A DNA stretch of 64,000 nt from Candidatus Kapaibacterium sp. (GTDB taxonomy: Bacteria > Bacteroidota > Ignavibacteria > Kapaibacteriales > UBA2268), in NCBI GenBank assembly GCA_963665665.1, contig OY762428.1, forward strand, positions 1,280,001 to 1,344,000, in the 5' to 3' direction. A program made the position numbers and the translations under genes. Positions 40,858 to 52,446 of the stretch are shown piece after piece. The number at the start of each line of letters is the position of its first letter. The first letter of the stretch is position 1. The notes under the pieces are model-generated. The model was given only the letters and a program-made list of their open reading frames with translations. It was not told where the DNA came from and did no database searches.

Positions 40858-42750
40858 CTATCCCTGGTTAGCGGCAAACTGAATATCATAAAGCTTGCGA
40901 TATACACCATTTTTTTCAAGCAATTCAGAATGTGAGCCATGTTCAGTTATTCTTCCCTTGTCGAAAACAAATATCTCGTCGCAATCGATTATTGTGGCAA
41001 GCCTGTGGGCAACAATTATTGCAGTACGGTTTTCAAGAGAATGGTTGATAGCTTCCTGAACAATTTTTTCCGATTCTGAATCCAATGCCGAAGTGGCTTC
41101 ATCGAATATTAATATCTCAGGATCGCGAACAAGAGCACGTGCTATTGAAACACGTTGCCTTTCACCGCCTGAGAGCATAACACCCCGGTCTCCGATATAA
41201 GTATTGTATCTTTCCGGCAGTTTTGAAATGAAACCATGAGCATTAGAAACTTTTGCCGATTCTTCAATAGTATTATCATCAGCGTCAGGGCTTCCGAATT
41301 TAATATTGTTCGAAAGGCTGTCATTGAATAAAATACTTTCCTGGGCTACAATGCCAAACAAAGACCTGTATGATTTCAGAGTATATTCTTTGATATCACT
41401 TCCGTCAATTGTTATTCTGCCGCCTGCGGGATCGTAGAATCTGACAATTAGGTCCAGCATTGTGGATTTTCCGCTTCCGCTGGCACCTACAAAAGCAACC
41501 TTGGTACATTTTTTTATTTTAAGAGATACATCCTTAATAACAGCGCCTTCATCATAGGCAAAATCCAAACCACTTATTTCGATTGTATCATTGAAGTTAT
41601 CAATTACCTTCTTTCCGGTTTCCTTTTCCGGCTCTTCATCAAGAATAGTAAAAACTCTTCCTGCCGCAACATAACCAAGCTGGAATTTGGAAACAGCATT
41701 GATAACTAGTGATATCGGGTTCATGATTGCAAATAAAGCAAAAAGAAAAGTCATAAGTTCTTCTGGCGGCATTTCGTTATTTATTACCTGAACGCCACCG
41801 ACAAATAACACAACACAAAGCGCCAGTATTGCAAATATTTCATTTATGGACGGAATAAGTGCAATTATTTTCTTATGCTTAATGGCAGAACGCACATACC
41901 TGGCTGTATCGGAAAAGAACCTTCCATTAGCGCTTCCCTCTGCATTATATGCTTTTACTACTTTTATTCCGGATATAGATTCCTGAAGTGTGGAAGTATA
42001 ATCTGCCATTGCCGACTGCATCCTTTTGGCGTAACGTCGAATATATTTCATCGCCAGGTTTACAAGAACCAAACTGACAATACTGGTACTGAAAGCAATA
42101 AAGGACAGATTGGTTGATATTGAAAACAGTATTACAAGGAATAATAATATTTTTGTTGTCTCGCGAAGAACCGTTGTAAAAGAGGAAATCGTTGAATTGT
42201 TGAGCGCGGTTACGTCATTCGTAATTATCGACATAAGGTTGCCCGAACGGCTTTTAGTAAAAAATCCGATCGGCAGGGAGGTTAGCCTGTCGAAAACCTT
42301 ATCCCTTATTGATTTGATAACCCCCTCCTGCAATTTAAGGGAAACAACGCTGCTAAGATATTTAAAGAAATTTTTCAGAATGAATGCAATAATTATAAAT
42401 ATTCCAAGATTTATCAGTGTTGCAATTTTATCTCCCGGCTCTTCAATCAGGTCGTTCAGTACCTGGTAAAGGTAGTCTTTAATTCTTGTTAATGATTCAG
42501 GTGTTGGTATGATCTCCGTCATGCTATCATCATTTGCCGGAGTCTGCCTTACTTCAGTTCCCTCACTTGCCGGAAATATAAGTTGAAAAACCGGTTTTAT
42601 TGAGGCAATAGTAATAGCATCGAATGTAGAGAAAAGGATGTTTAAGAATATTGATAATACGAAAAGCCTGATAAAAGGCTTAATAAATACAGATATTCTC
42701 CTGAGCATCTGAAAGGAGCTGATCTTTTTTTCATCACTGTCTTTTTTCAT
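40858..42750 (-). CDS. MsbA-like ABC exporter (TMD+NBD)
   Basis: GASGSGKST, LSGGERQR, FDEATSALD and IAHRL-like motifs. Confidence 0.92.
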   Translation of the reverse strand: MKKDSDEKKISSFQMLRRISVFIKPFIRLFVLSIFLNILFSTFDAITIASIKPVFQLIFPASEGTEVRQTPANDDSMTEIIPTPESLTRIKDYLYQVLNDLIEEPGDKIATLINLGIFIIIAFILKNFFKYLSSVVSLKLQEGVIKSIRDKVFDRLTSLPIGFFTKSRSGNLMSIITNDVTALNNSTISSFTTVLRETTKILLFLVILFSISTNLSFIAFSTSIVSLVLVNLAMKYIRRYAKRMQSAMADYTSTLQESISGIKVVKAYNAEGSANGRFFSDTARYVRSAIKHKKIIALIPSINEIFAILALCVVLFVGGVQVINNEMPPEELMTFLFALFAIMNPISLVINAVSKFQLGYVAAGRVFTILDEEPEKETGKKVIDNFNDTIEISGLDFAYDEGAVIKDVSLKIKKCTKVAFVGASGSGKSTMLDLIVRFYDPAGGRITIDGSDIKEYTLKSYRSLFGIVAQESILFNDSLSNNIKFGSPDADDNTIEESAKVSNAHGFISKLPERYNTYIGDRGVMLSGGERQRVSIARALVRDPEILIFDEATSALDSESEKIVQEAINHSLENRTAIIVAHRLATIIDCDEIFVFDKGRITEHGSHSELLEKNGVYRKLYDIQFAANQG

Positions 42751-42824
42751 CGTCAACCCGTATGTAAAAAAAAACTCCGGTAAAATTACGAATTTACCGG
42801 AGAATAATATCAAAATCAGTTAAA

Positions 42825-43337
42825 TCATTTTTTTGTGAGTTCAACAATTTTCTCGTAAAGCTCTTCTTCATCACCCGGAGCATATCCGTTATGTTCCCAA
42901 ACGATATTGCCTTTGCCATCACAGAGAATTGTGTGTGGCGGGTTGTTTATACCCAGGGCACGACGGAAGTCACTGTTTTCATCCAGGTAAACATCATAAG
43001 TCCATCCGCGGCCATTTACAAAAGGAGCTACTTTGCGACTGTTGCGCGAATCATCAATTGAAATCGCAAAAATTTTCACGCCTGTCTCATCCTGCCAGTC
43101 CTCATAAACATCACTAATAGTATTCAGCTCCATGATACAGGGTTTGCACCAAGTTGCCCAGAAATTAATAACAAACGGTTTACCATCATTTTCAAAAGAT
43201 GAAGTATTTACAACTTTTCCCCTTAAGTTCTTAACCTTCACTGAAGGAACCTTTTTGGTCGATTCTTTAGAAATTACCTGCTGAGCCATGAAGCCAACGA
43301 AAACGAGAAGAAATAAGCTTAGAATTGTCTTTTTCAT
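42825..43337 (-). CDS. TlpA-like thiol-disulfide oxidoreductase
   Basis: Signal peptide and NFWATWCKPC motif. Confidence 0.9.
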   Translation of the reverse strand: MKKTILSLFLLVFVGFMAQQVISKESTKKVPSVKVKNLRGKVVNTSSFENDGKPFVINFWATWCKPCIMELNTISDVYEDWQDETGVKIFAISIDDSRNSRKVAPFVNGRGWTYDVYLDENSDFRRALGINNPPHTILCDGKGNIVWEHNGYAPGDEEELYEKIVELTKK

Positions 43338-43579
43338 TTTGCACCTTTACTGAATTGTCCCTTTACCAAAAAATTTTAATTTTTTCATTTATTTGTTTAA
43401 ATTAAATTTCTTTCAAAAGAAAGATGTTATTATAGAATTAAAAGTTACAAAAAATTTGAAAAAATATGTAACGAAATTTAAATTAAAGTGTCTCTAATAT
43501 TACATACGGGTAAGATAATGGAATGTTTCCCGTAATAATATTGGCAAAGGGTAATATATAATAAATCCGGAGAGGTAAC

Positions 43580-44311
43580 ATGAACAAAAAATTCCGCAAT
43601 TTCTTTACTGCTTTAATGGCTTTTGTTGTTTGCGCATCATTTAGTTACGCACAGAGCCTTGAATTCACACATCTGGAAACTGAGAAAACGGTTAATCCGG
43701 ATTCTTCATCTGCTGTTTTCCACGCCACTGTAAAAAACATCAGTTCTTCTGACGTCAGCGTTAAAATCACAGTGACCGAAGTTTCGGGTGAAGATGATTA
43801 CGACGTTTCCTGGTGCGATCCGAACTCATGTTATTTCCTTATGAATAATCCTCAGACTTCACCAGCATTCACATTAACCCCCGACGGAACAACCGAAGAA
43901 CAGTTCCATCTTGAAATATCTCCTTACGGTATTGAGGGTACATCAGTTGTGAAAGTTCGTTTTTTCAATGTTAATGATGAGAATGATTACATTGAGTTTG
44001 AAGCAATCGCAACTTTCGACAAAACAACATCTGTTACAAAGTTTACTATTCTTGAGAATAATTTCTCATCATTTGCCCCCAACCCGGCAAATAATGCTAC
44101 TTCATTTGATTTTGACCTTACCGGAATAGCAGATAAATCAACACTTGAAATTCACAGTGCTACCGGTGCTTTGGTAAAAACAATTAATATTACAAACCAT
44201 AGTGGAAATGTAACTATAAATACTTCAGATTTACCTCAGGGTATTTACTATTGCACATTGTTTGTTAACAGCGAAACAAGAAAAACACGGATTCTATCCG
44301 TAACAAGATAA
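43580..44311 (+). CDS. Small secreted Ig-like protein with T9SS-type C-terminal domain
   Basis: Signal peptide, WCDPNSCY, FAPNPA...LPQGIYY. GGAGAGG RBS and a terminator at 44338-44367. Confidence 0.85.
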   Translation: MNKKFRNFFTALMAFVVCASFSYAQSLEFTHLETEKTVNPDSSSAVFHATVKNISSSDVSVKITVTEVSGEDDYDVSWCDPNSCYFLMNNPQTSPAFTLTPDGTTEEQFHLEISPYGIEGTSVVKVRFFNVNDENDYIEFEAIATFDKTTSVTKFTILENNFSSFAPNPANNATSFDFDLTGIADKSTLEIHSATGALVKTINITNHSGNVTINTSDLPQGIYYCTLFVNSETRKTRILSVTR

Positions 44312-44870
44312 AACCTGAAAACAGGAACTCCCCACATAAAACCATCCCCGACCCGGGATGGTTTTTTATTGAATATTGGAAGAATATATATTAATTATAA
44401 TAAATAATTTTTGGTGCTTTATAAGTTGTCATTATTCACTATTCATTACAATCCTTTGTTAATTATTGATTCAAACCAGCAAATATATTAACACAAAACA
44501 TAAGAAATCATTACAATATTTTTGTATATTTTTTTGTAACAAAATGTTCTAATAATATTATTCCAACAGTATAATATATTTATTAAACAATATATTATAA
44601 GATTTATAATTTGGTATTTAATAAAATAATATCAAAAAATATGAATTTTTATGTAACATTTCCAAATTCCTGTTGTTATTATTATTGAAGTTCGAAATAA
44701 TCAAATTATCCCTGCAAACTACAAAGGAATTATTTGAAATGTGGCTTATTGTGTTCTTTGAATACTATGAATAATTCTGTGTTGATTCGATTTTAAAACG
44801 AAAAATTTTAGATTTGATTTTAATTCATATTCCAATAAAATCATTTTTTTTATTTATCAGGGGATTTTTA

Positions 44871-47800
44871 ATGGATACTACTAAACTAATCAGGCATTTA
44901 ATAGCAATTGCTTTTTTCGTTGCAATTGCCATTAGCGGTGCAAAAGCGCAGCTTTTAACGGAGTATACCGTCATGGAATACGATGGTGTTTATACTCCGA
45001 TTTCAGGCATTTACCTTGGGGGAGGCGACTTTGCCTCTTACAGGGTTGATCTACCCTTTACTTTCATCTACGACGAACAGGAAATCACCTGGGTACAATG
45101 TGGCACAAAGGGCTGGATGTCCCTAAATTGGAATTACGGTACCTGGTATCCATATTCGCCAACTGAGAGTGCGAATATTATAGCTTTCAATGCTTGCGAT
45201 TTGCTTGTTGACGGCGAAATTTCATACGAAGTACAGGGATCTGCTCCAAACAGAGTGGTTGTATTTCAATGGCGAAACACCAGATACTATAGTGGGAGTA
45301 GTGTCTGGGTAGATTGCCAGGTAAAACTTTACGAATCATCGAATAAAATCGAGATTGTCTGGGACGAACCTCATAACCTTGGTTATTACACAGGGGGATG
45401 CTTTGTTACCGGCTCTACAATAACCCGGTATATAAACGTTAAGCCGGGTGATCCTTCAACATTCTATTATAGTAATGTTAATCCAAATACAACAACCTGG
45501 ATTAATACTGCTGCGGCTCCATATCTATATGCAGGGAAGACTTTTGCATTTACAACCTACCCGAGCCTTGTGGGGGCTTATCCTCCACAGGATGCTATCC
45601 TTAGCAGGGGTAACATTATTAGTGGAGATAATAAACCTGGGGTAAGACTTGAAAATATGCAGATGGACGGCGTTTATGTAAAATACTCGATTGAAGGTCC
45701 GCTGCCTGCCAGCAACCCGCAATTCGGAACAGTTTATACTGCTACAGTTGAGGGAAATACCAGTGAGGATTTAATACAGGTATATAATGAAGGCATTACA
45801 AGATTTACTCACGCAACAGGCCTGATTGCAAAAACGTCACCTGACAATGACGGCGATATCGACCTGCTGACAAATGAACTCAGTATTCCCGGCGGTACAT
45901 ATAAAATTAAAGCAGAATTACAGTTGCCTTCTGCCGAATATGTGCAGGAACTACCTGATCAAACATTTATTATTGCTCTTGAAAACGACCTTGCAATAAA
46001 CAGGATAATTTCTCCAAAACCGAAAGAAGAAAAGAAATACCCGCTTTCAACAGGCCGCATCCGTGTGCAGTGCAGGGTTCAGAATTTTGGTATCAATGAT
46101 GTATATGAATTTGAAGCTAACGCTATAATATATAAAGACGGTGAAGAAGTTTATGATGAAGATGTCGAATGGTCATCGGCAAATCCACTTGTTACCGGAG
46201 ATTATGTTGATATAAGCTTCCCGGATTATCGCCCTTATGAAACAGGCGATTATGATATAGTATTCAGTGTTAGTACAGTTGGTGTTCAGGACAATGACCT
46301 GACAAATAACACATGGCCAAAGCCAGGCGAACACTTTTGGTTCGAAGTTGCTCATGAGATTGAAGCTGAGGCAGTTGAAATTATTAATCCTGTGGGCGAA
46401 GTATTTGTAGGCCGTCCGGTCAGGCCTTTGGCAAAATTCCAGAATAACGGTGTTTCTGATATTTCCGATATTGATGCTGTAATGGTTATCACAAATTCCA
46501 ATGGCGATGAAGTATACAGAAGTCCGATTATCATTCAGGATATTCCACAGGGAAGGTCAAATAAAGTTATTGCTGACTTCGACGATTTTATTCCTCCGGC
46601 AGCAGGGAATTACACTGCATGTATCACAATTACATCTAATGATGACCCCGTAACTGAGAATAACTCAGTTTGTGAAGATTTCTCTGTTGTTGAAGCTCTC
46701 AGCGGTACATATACAATAGGAACGCTTAACGAAGGAAATAATCGTAATTTCCCGACCTTTAAAGCAGCTCTTGATATTCTTTACCAAAGAGGGATGACTG
46801 GCCCGGTTACATTTGAACTTACAGATGCTGTATATAATATCAGTTCTCATGAAGATTCAAACCAGCCGGCTATAGATATGAGTTCAACAATTGTCGGACT
46901 TAGCGAAGATCAGCCGATATTATTCAAAGCATCAAGTCAGCGTGCTGTTTACCGTGCAGGTGTTAAAATCAACATGAATTCTGACAATGGTGTTGGTATC
47001 CTGATGGGGCAGAACCTGCTTCCTTCAAACTCAAATGCACCTGTACACATTGTCAGGTCCGGTAATAAGAAAAACTATTCTAACTTCCCCGGATATGTAA
47101 CATTTGACGGCGGTGCTAACAAAGCTTTACAATTTTCTATCGACAGTGATGAAGATTTCAGGACTGTATTCTATCTTTCCCAGGGTACATCAAACGTTAC
47201 TATTAAGAACTGTATCATCAAAGGTGATTACAACACTACACCTTCATTTGATGCAAAACTTCCGAAGATGGTTTTCAACTCTGCACAGAGCCAGTTTCTT
47301 TATGAAGAGAATATACGTTCTTACGAAACTTTCAGTGCCGGGATTCTTCTTAGGAGTGTTCCACCCACAACAAGGGAAACTGCTAATCTTTACGCCCTTG
47401 ATTCACTGTTCAACCAGAACAACGTAATCGAGAACAACGAGATCACAGGCTTTGGTTATGGTATAGCATCAATGGGTATGGGCGTACTGTTCAAACAGGA
47501 AGCCAACAACTTCGTAAAATACTACAACATGAATAACGAGTATAAAGACAATGTTATCCATAATGTAAGCCGCGCAGCTATATTCCTTGGTTCCGAGCAG
47601 AACTCAACGATCAAAAACAACAGGATATATGAAATCAACGGCGTAAGCGGCATGGACGCAGCCGGTATTATCCTTGGCGGCGACGCAGAACGCGACTGGT
47701 TCGGTTACAACGTAATCGACATCACAGTTGACGGCAACGAAATAAGCGAAATCGACGGCGACTACGAAATCCGCGGAATCAAAGTATCCCAGGATCCTAT

Positions 47801-50405
47801 CGTTATGCAGGCTCCGGGCGGCGGACTTTCCTTCTATCCTGACAGGGCAGAAACAGTTGTAATTAAAAACAACGTTATCCGCAACTTAAATCCTGAAAAT
47901 GCAGACGTGAAACGCTGCGGTATCCAGCTTTCAACACAGCGTGCAGGCATTGCAGACGAATACATGAATATACTTACACCTGCAAGGAAAGATTATCTTT
48001 CACGCAATGACATAATAGCAAACAATACTATCATCATCACAGATGACGCTGTTGAAAACGTAGGCGCAACAGCAGGTATCATGCTTCAGCAGGTAGACGG
48101 CGCAGTTCTCAAGAACAATGCAATCGCCTTTGAAGACGAAGAATTTGCAGACAATGCATACACAACAACAGCTATCCTGCTCCAGAGCGAATGGCCTGAA
48201 TGGGGTGCAGTAACATCCGACAGGAATGCCTTCGACATGGGCAATGCCAATGCAGACCTCATCCGCTTCATCCACATGGACGAAGACCAGAACGTAATAG
48301 AATACGGCCAGACAGATGAATTTGCAAACATAGCACAGTGGCAGGTATGGACAAAACAGGATGAGAACTCCGTAGTAGGCGAGTTCATAGGCGACCTTGA
48401 CTATACAGGCAACTATCCCTACCAGCTTCGCGTTGTATCGGATCCTTATCCTCTTGGATGTATCCTTAACAACCGCGGCGGCGAAGTAACAGAAGTAGAA
48501 TATGACATCGACGGCAACCTTCGCGGAGCAGCAGGCCAGCGTTACGACATCGGCGCCTTTGAATTCTCAGGCCGCATGTATGTAAGCGACGTAGAAATGC
48601 TTAACGTACCAACACCGGGCGCATACAGGGCCGGCATGGGTACATTCAGCGATGCAGAATACATAATGACAGAAGCCCCGACAAACATCGTGGCAAGCCT
48701 GAGGAACAACGGTACACTTCAGCAGTCAAACATCAATGTATATGCAAAGATCTATCGCGAACAGCCTGACGGATCATTCTCTGATACAGTAGAAATAGAA
48801 ACAACAGTAAAAACAAGCATTCCAACAACAGAATCAGTTAACGTTGACTTCCTTCTTGATGACCAGGACGGCGTAGACTTCTATCCTCAGACTTACGGCG
48901 AACTTGGCTTCTACAATGTACCTGATCATTTTGCAGGTATGGAATCCAATGTAACACCACGCTACAGGATAGTAATCTCGGTAGAATCAGACCAGTATAA
49001 CTCTAATAATGTTATCGACAAAGTTGTACGTTTCTATGTTAAACGTTCATCACTCGGCCTTCTGGCATCAGCCAGGGATATTGCCACAGAAATCTACTGG
49101 GGCGAACCGACAACAGACGAGATAGCCGGTAAGCTGAACCTTGACAGCCTTCGTGAAGGCCTCCGCAAAGTCGGCTGGGTATCAGACCTTGGCGAAGGAC
49201 AGTATGATATAGACCTGTTCAACAGGCTCGGCTGGGAACCCAGGTCAGTAAACTACACAATGTACAAAACACTTCTCTGGTCAGACGGTGATGAAAACAC
49301 AATGAGCAGATACGAGAAGATGGACATTGAAAGCTTCCTTGAAGGCGGCATGCAGAATGATAAGAAAAACCTTGTAATAGGTTCACAGGAACTTGTACGC
49401 CAGCTTGGCGGCAATGCATCCTCACTTGATTATGATCCTGACTTCCTTGATGAAGTATTCAGGGCCGAATACGTAACACCTGGCAACCCGATGGGCGCCG
49501 GGGTTAGCAACAGCGGAAATACTGCAATCGGTATCTCGGTAGGAACAAACCTTGAAAATGCAATCGTGGCTACAAACTATGAATTTGCAGAAGATGAAGA
49601 TCCTTACTGCTCACTGATGAAAGTAACACAAAACGGTGAAGGCCTTGCAAGGCCGGCATATTACTATACAACACATACAGCCACACCTTCGGACAGTACA
49701 CTTGGCGTGGCAGTAACATCCCTAAGCAAGAACATCGTGACACTTGGCGTTGACTGGCGTCACTGGGCAGACATGGAAGACGTTCTTCGCCAGGTACTTG
49801 ACTTCCTGGATCAGAACGGCGGATCGGTAGTACCGGTAGAACTTACAAGCTTCGATGCTATAGCAGCAGGCCAGAGGGTTGACCTTAGCTGGGAAACAGC
49901 AAGTGAATACAAATCCTCACACTTCGAGATAGAAAAAGCCGAAGTAAGCCAGGCAGGCATGGGTTCATTCATGCAGATCGGACGTATGAAAGCAGCCGGA
50001 ACAAGCAGCTATGCCAAACAGTACGGCCCTGTGGTTGACTATGATGTAAACTATGGCAATACTTACGCATACCGCCTGAAAATGGTTGACATTGACGGAA
50101 GCTACGACTACAGCGATGAAGAAGTAGTAACAATCGGTGGTAATGAAATGATCTCGCTCGGCGAGGCATATCCGAACCCGAGTAAAGAATCAGCTAAGTT
50201 CAAACTTACAACTGGCAACGATGTAAATGTAAGCATCGATCTTTATGACATGAGCGGCAAGCTTGTACGCAACGTACTCAGCGAAACAACAAGCGGAACA
50301 GTAACAGTTGAAGTGGATACCCGCGACCTTACAAGCGGCAGCTACACACTTGTTCTTCGCAGCGGCTCAACAATCATCAACAGGACAGTACGCGTTGTTA
50401 AGTAA
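44871..50405 (+). CDS. Very large secreted surface protein (CARDB/Ig-like and beta-helix regions, PVELTSF linker, T9SS-type C-terminal domain)
   Basis: Signal peptide, D...NN CARDB-like motifs, I.NN.I beta-helix repeats, DIDGN.R...YDIGAFEF, VPVELTSF and AYPNP. Confidence 0.88.
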   Translation: MDTTKLIRHLIAIAFFVAIAISGAKAQLLTEYTVMEYDGVYTPISGIYLGGGDFASYRVDLPFTFIYDEQEITWVQCGTKGWMSLNWNYGTWYPYSPTESANIIAFNACDLLVDGEISYEVQGSAPNRVVVFQWRNTRYYSGSSVWVDCQVKLYESSNKIEIVWDEPHNLGYYTGGCFVTGSTITRYINVKPGDPSTFYYSNVNPNTTTWINTAAAPYLYAGKTFAFTTYPSLVGAYPPQDAILSRGNIISGDNKPGVRLENMQMDGVYVKYSIEGPLPASNPQFGTVYTATVEGNTSEDLIQVYNEGITRFTHATGLIAKTSPDNDGDIDLLTNELSIPGGTYKIKAELQLPSAEYVQELPDQTFIIALENDLAINRIISPKPKEEKKYPLSTGRIRVQCRVQNFGINDVYEFEANAIIYKDGEEVYDEDVEWSSANPLVTGDYVDISFPDYRPYETGDYDIVFSVSTVGVQDNDLTNNTWPKPGEHFWFEVAHEIEAEAVEIINPVGEVFVGRPVRPLAKFQNNGVSDISDIDAVMVITNSNGDEVYRSPIIIQDIPQGRSNKVIADFDDFIPPAAGNYTACITITSNDDPVTENNSVCEDFSVVEALSGTYTIGTLNEGNNRNFPTFKAALDILYQRGMTGPVTFELTDAVYNISSHEDSNQPAIDMSSTIVGLSEDQPILFKASSQRAVYRAGVKINMNSDNGVGILMGQNLLPSNSNAPVHIVRSGNKKNYSNFPGYVTFDGGANKALQFSIDSDEDFRTVFYLSQGTSNVTIKNCIIKGDYNTTPSFDAKLPKMVFNSAQSQFLYEENIRSYETFSAGILLRSVPPTTRETANLYALDSLFNQNNVIENNEITGFGYGIASMGMGVLFKQEANNFVKYYNMNNEYKDNVIHNVSRAAIFLGSEQNSTIKNNRIYEINGVSGMDAAGIILGGDAERDWFGYNVIDITVDGNEISEIDGDYEIRGIKVSQDPIVMQAPGGGLSFYPDRAETVVIKNNVIRNLNPENADVKRCGIQLSTQRAGIADEYMNILTPARKDYLSRNDIIANNTIIITDDAVENVGATAGIMLQQVDGAVLKNNAIAFEDEEFADNAYTTTAILLQSEWPEWGAVTSDRNAFDMGNANADLIRFIHMDEDQNVIEYGQTDEFANIAQWQVWTKQDENSVVGEFIGDLDYTGNYPYQLRVVSDPYPLGCILNNRGGEVTEVEYDIDGNLRGAAGQRYDIGAFEFSGRMYVSDVEMLNVPTPGAYRAGMGTFSDAEYIMTEAPTNIVASLRNNGTLQQSNINVYAKIYREQPDGSFSDTVEIETTVKTSIPTTESVNVDFLLDDQDGVDFYPQTYGELGFYNVPDHFAGMESNVTPRYRIVISVESDQYNSNNVIDKVVRFYVKRSSLGLLASARDIATEIYWGEPTTDEIAGKLNLDSLREGLRKVGWVSDLGEGQYDIDLFNRLGWEPRSVNYTMYKTLLWSDGDENTMSRYEKMDIESFLEGGMQNDKKNLVIGSQELVRQLGGNASSLDYDPDFLDEVFRAEYVTPGNPMGAGVSNSGNTAIGISVGTNLENAIVATNYEFAEDEDPYCSLMKVTQNGEGLARPAYYYTTHTATPSDSTLGVAVTSLSKNIVTLGVDWRHWADMEDVLRQVLDFLDQNGGSVVPVELTSFDAIAAGQRVDLSWETASEYKSSHFEIEKAEVSQAGMGSFMQIGRMKAAGTSSYAKQYGPVVDYDVNYGNTYAYRLKMVDIDGSYDYSDEEVVTIGGNEMISLGEAYPNPSKESAKFKLTTGNDVNVSIDLYDMSGKLVRNVLSETTSGTVTVEVDTRDLTSGSYTLVLRSGSTIINRTVRVVK

Positions 50406-50447
50406 TCATCCTTAACAGCTGAAGAATAATTCTTATAATAAGAAAAG

Positions 50448-50475
50448 AACCCCGGGGCAAAGCCCCGGGGTTTTT
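50448..50475 (+). terminator. Intrinsic terminator
   Basis: AACCCCGGGGC-AAA-GCCCCGGGGTTTTT. Confidence 0.85.
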
Positions 50476-50611
50476 AATTTTGTAATTGAGTTTTCTTTTC
50501 AAAATATGTTTTTAAATTTTTAATTATTTTCACTATATATGAAATGGAACAATAAGTTTCATTAAAACAGTAATCTTAAAATTATTTATTCACTTTGAAA
50601 TTTTAAAAATC

Positions 50612-51505
50612 ATGATTATACTTCCTCCGGACAACAATTTCCTTGCTGAAGATATTGGGCATTTTGAAGATTGCAAAATAGCAATACTTTCTGCACCTTA
50701 TGAACATACTGTTTCCTATGGTGGCGGAGCGGGTAAAGGGCCTGAAGCGATAATCAATGCCAGTGCATACGTAGAGTTTTATGATGATGAATTCGACAGA
50801 GAACTGTGCTTTGAGAAGGGCATTGCAACTATCGAACCAATAAAGTTTAATGGCAGGATCGATAAAGCAGCTTTGGATTTGATAGAAGAAAATGTGAGTT
50901 CCCTGCTGGAAAAAGACAAATTCGTTGTTACACTTGGCGGAGAGCATACTATTTCCACTGCTCCTATTGCAGCTCATTTTAAAAAATATCCCGATATGAG
51001 TATCCTGCATTTCGATGCGCATTCCGACCTTAGAGACAGTTACGAAGGCAATATTTATTCGCATGCTTCTTTCATGGCCAGAGTAGCGGAGTTTTTCCCT
51101 CCTGAAAGGATTACCCAGGTCGGTATAAGGGCTCAATGCAGGGAAGAACGGCAATTTATCAGGGATAATAGCATCAATACTTTTTTTGCTTCTGAAATCA
51201 GAAGGGGAATTTACAGCGAAAACTGGCAAAAAGAAATTGTTAAAACACTCGGCAAAAATATTTATATAACATTTGATCTGGATTACTTTGATCCGGCAAT
51301 AATGCCAGCAACAGGAACACCTGAACCTGACGGTTTTCTTTACAGTGAAACTTTGGATATTTTCAGAGACATAGCCACGCAGGGTAAAAATATTATTGGC
51401 TTTGATGTTGTTGAACTGGCCCCTGTGGATGGATTGAATCATCCTGATATGCTGGCAGCAAGACTGGTTTACAAATTGCTGAATTTTTCTTTCTGCAAAA
51501 AATAA
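50612..51505 (+). CDS. speB: Agmatinase
   Basis: LGGEHTIS, FDAHSDLRD, SHAS, TFDLDYFDP, ATGTPEPDG and DVVEL motifs. Confidence 0.92.
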   Translation: MIILPPDNNFLAEDIGHFEDCKIAILSAPYEHTVSYGGGAGKGPEAIINASAYVEFYDDEFDRELCFEKGIATIEPIKFNGRIDKAALDLIEENVSSLLEKDKFVVTLGGEHTISTAPIAAHFKKYPDMSILHFDAHSDLRDSYEGNIYSHASFMARVAEFFPPERITQVGIRAQCREERQFIRDNSINTFFASEIRRGIYSENWQKEIVKTLGKNIYITFDLDYFDPAIMPATGTPEPDGFLYSETLDIFRDIATQGKNIIGFDVVELAPVDGLNHPDMLAARLVYKLLNFSFCKK

Positions 51506-51577
51506 TCTATCTTATAAGAAAGATGATTTATTAATTTTATAACTCTTAAATAATTTTATAAATATTTTATCAGTATT

Positions 51578-52414
51578 ATGGAATCATTACAAAAAAGAAT
51601 CCACAACATCTATACTCAATCAGAAAAATACTCACCCGACTCGGTTAAAGTATTTTTTTCAGAGTTCGTAGATATGCTTAATAACGGAATGATCAGGGCG
51701 GCTGAACCAGACAAAGAATGCAGCTGGAAAGTAAATACATGGGTAAAGGAAGGAATTCTTCTGCTTTTTAAATACAGTGAAATTACAGATATGTCAATCG
51801 ATAAGAACTTCAGGTTTTTCGATAAAGATACGCTACCACTGCGGCCGGCAACCCTTAACGACGGACTTAGGATAGTGCCGGGCGGCTCTTCTATCAGAAC
51901 TGGCTGTTATGTTGCGAAGGGCGTAATTTGCATGCCTCCGATGTACATTAATATTGGTTCTTATGTTGATGAAGGAACAATGATCGATTCCCATGCACTT
52001 GTTGGAACCTGTGCCCAGGTGGGTAAAAATGTACACCTTAGCGCAGCCTCGCAAATCGGCGGTGTACTGGAACCTCCCGGGGCAAGCCCTGTAATAGTTG
52101 AAGACGGCGTTATGATTGGGGGCAATTGCGGGATTTATGAAGGTGTAAGGATAAAGAAAAGAGCCGTACTTGGTTCCGGTGTAATTCTTACTGCTTCAAC
52201 TAAGGTTTTTGACCTGGTTAACGAAACAATTTTGAAATCCGAACCGGGTAAACCTCTGGAAATACCTGAGTCGGCTGTTGTTATTCCTGGTACAAGGCAA
52301 ATAAACAATGAATTCGGGAAGGAGCACGGCCTGTCAGTTTCATCTCCGATTATAATTAAATATCGCGATGAGAAAACTGATGCCAGAACGGCATTGGAAG
52401 ATACTTTAAGATAA
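51578..52414 (+). CDS. dapD: Tetrahydrodipicolinate N-succinyltransferase
   Basis: [19 protein letters not shown], hexapeptide repeats and IGGVLEP. Confidence 0.95.
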   Translation: MESLQKRIHNIYTQSEKYSPDSVKVFFSEFVDMLNNGMIRAAEPDKECSWKVNTWVKEGILLLFKYSEITDMSIDKNFRFFDKDTLPLRPATLNDGLRIVPGGSSIRTGCYVAKGVICMPPMYINIGSYVDEGTMIDSHALVGTCAQVGKNVHLSAASQIGGVLEPPGASPVIVEDGVMIGGNCGIYEGVRIKKRAVLGSGVILTASTKVFDLVNETILKSEPGKPLEIPESAVVIPGTRQINNEFGKEHGLSVSSPIIIKYRDEKTDARTALEDTLR

Positions 52415-52446
52415 TTCATACGGCCGGGGTTAAAGCCGGCCGGGGA

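Noticed and set aside
50603-51442. 279-aa ORF antisense to speB (likewise 60306-60896 antisense to hemC)
   Set aside because: Codon-register shadow of a conserved enzyme gene.
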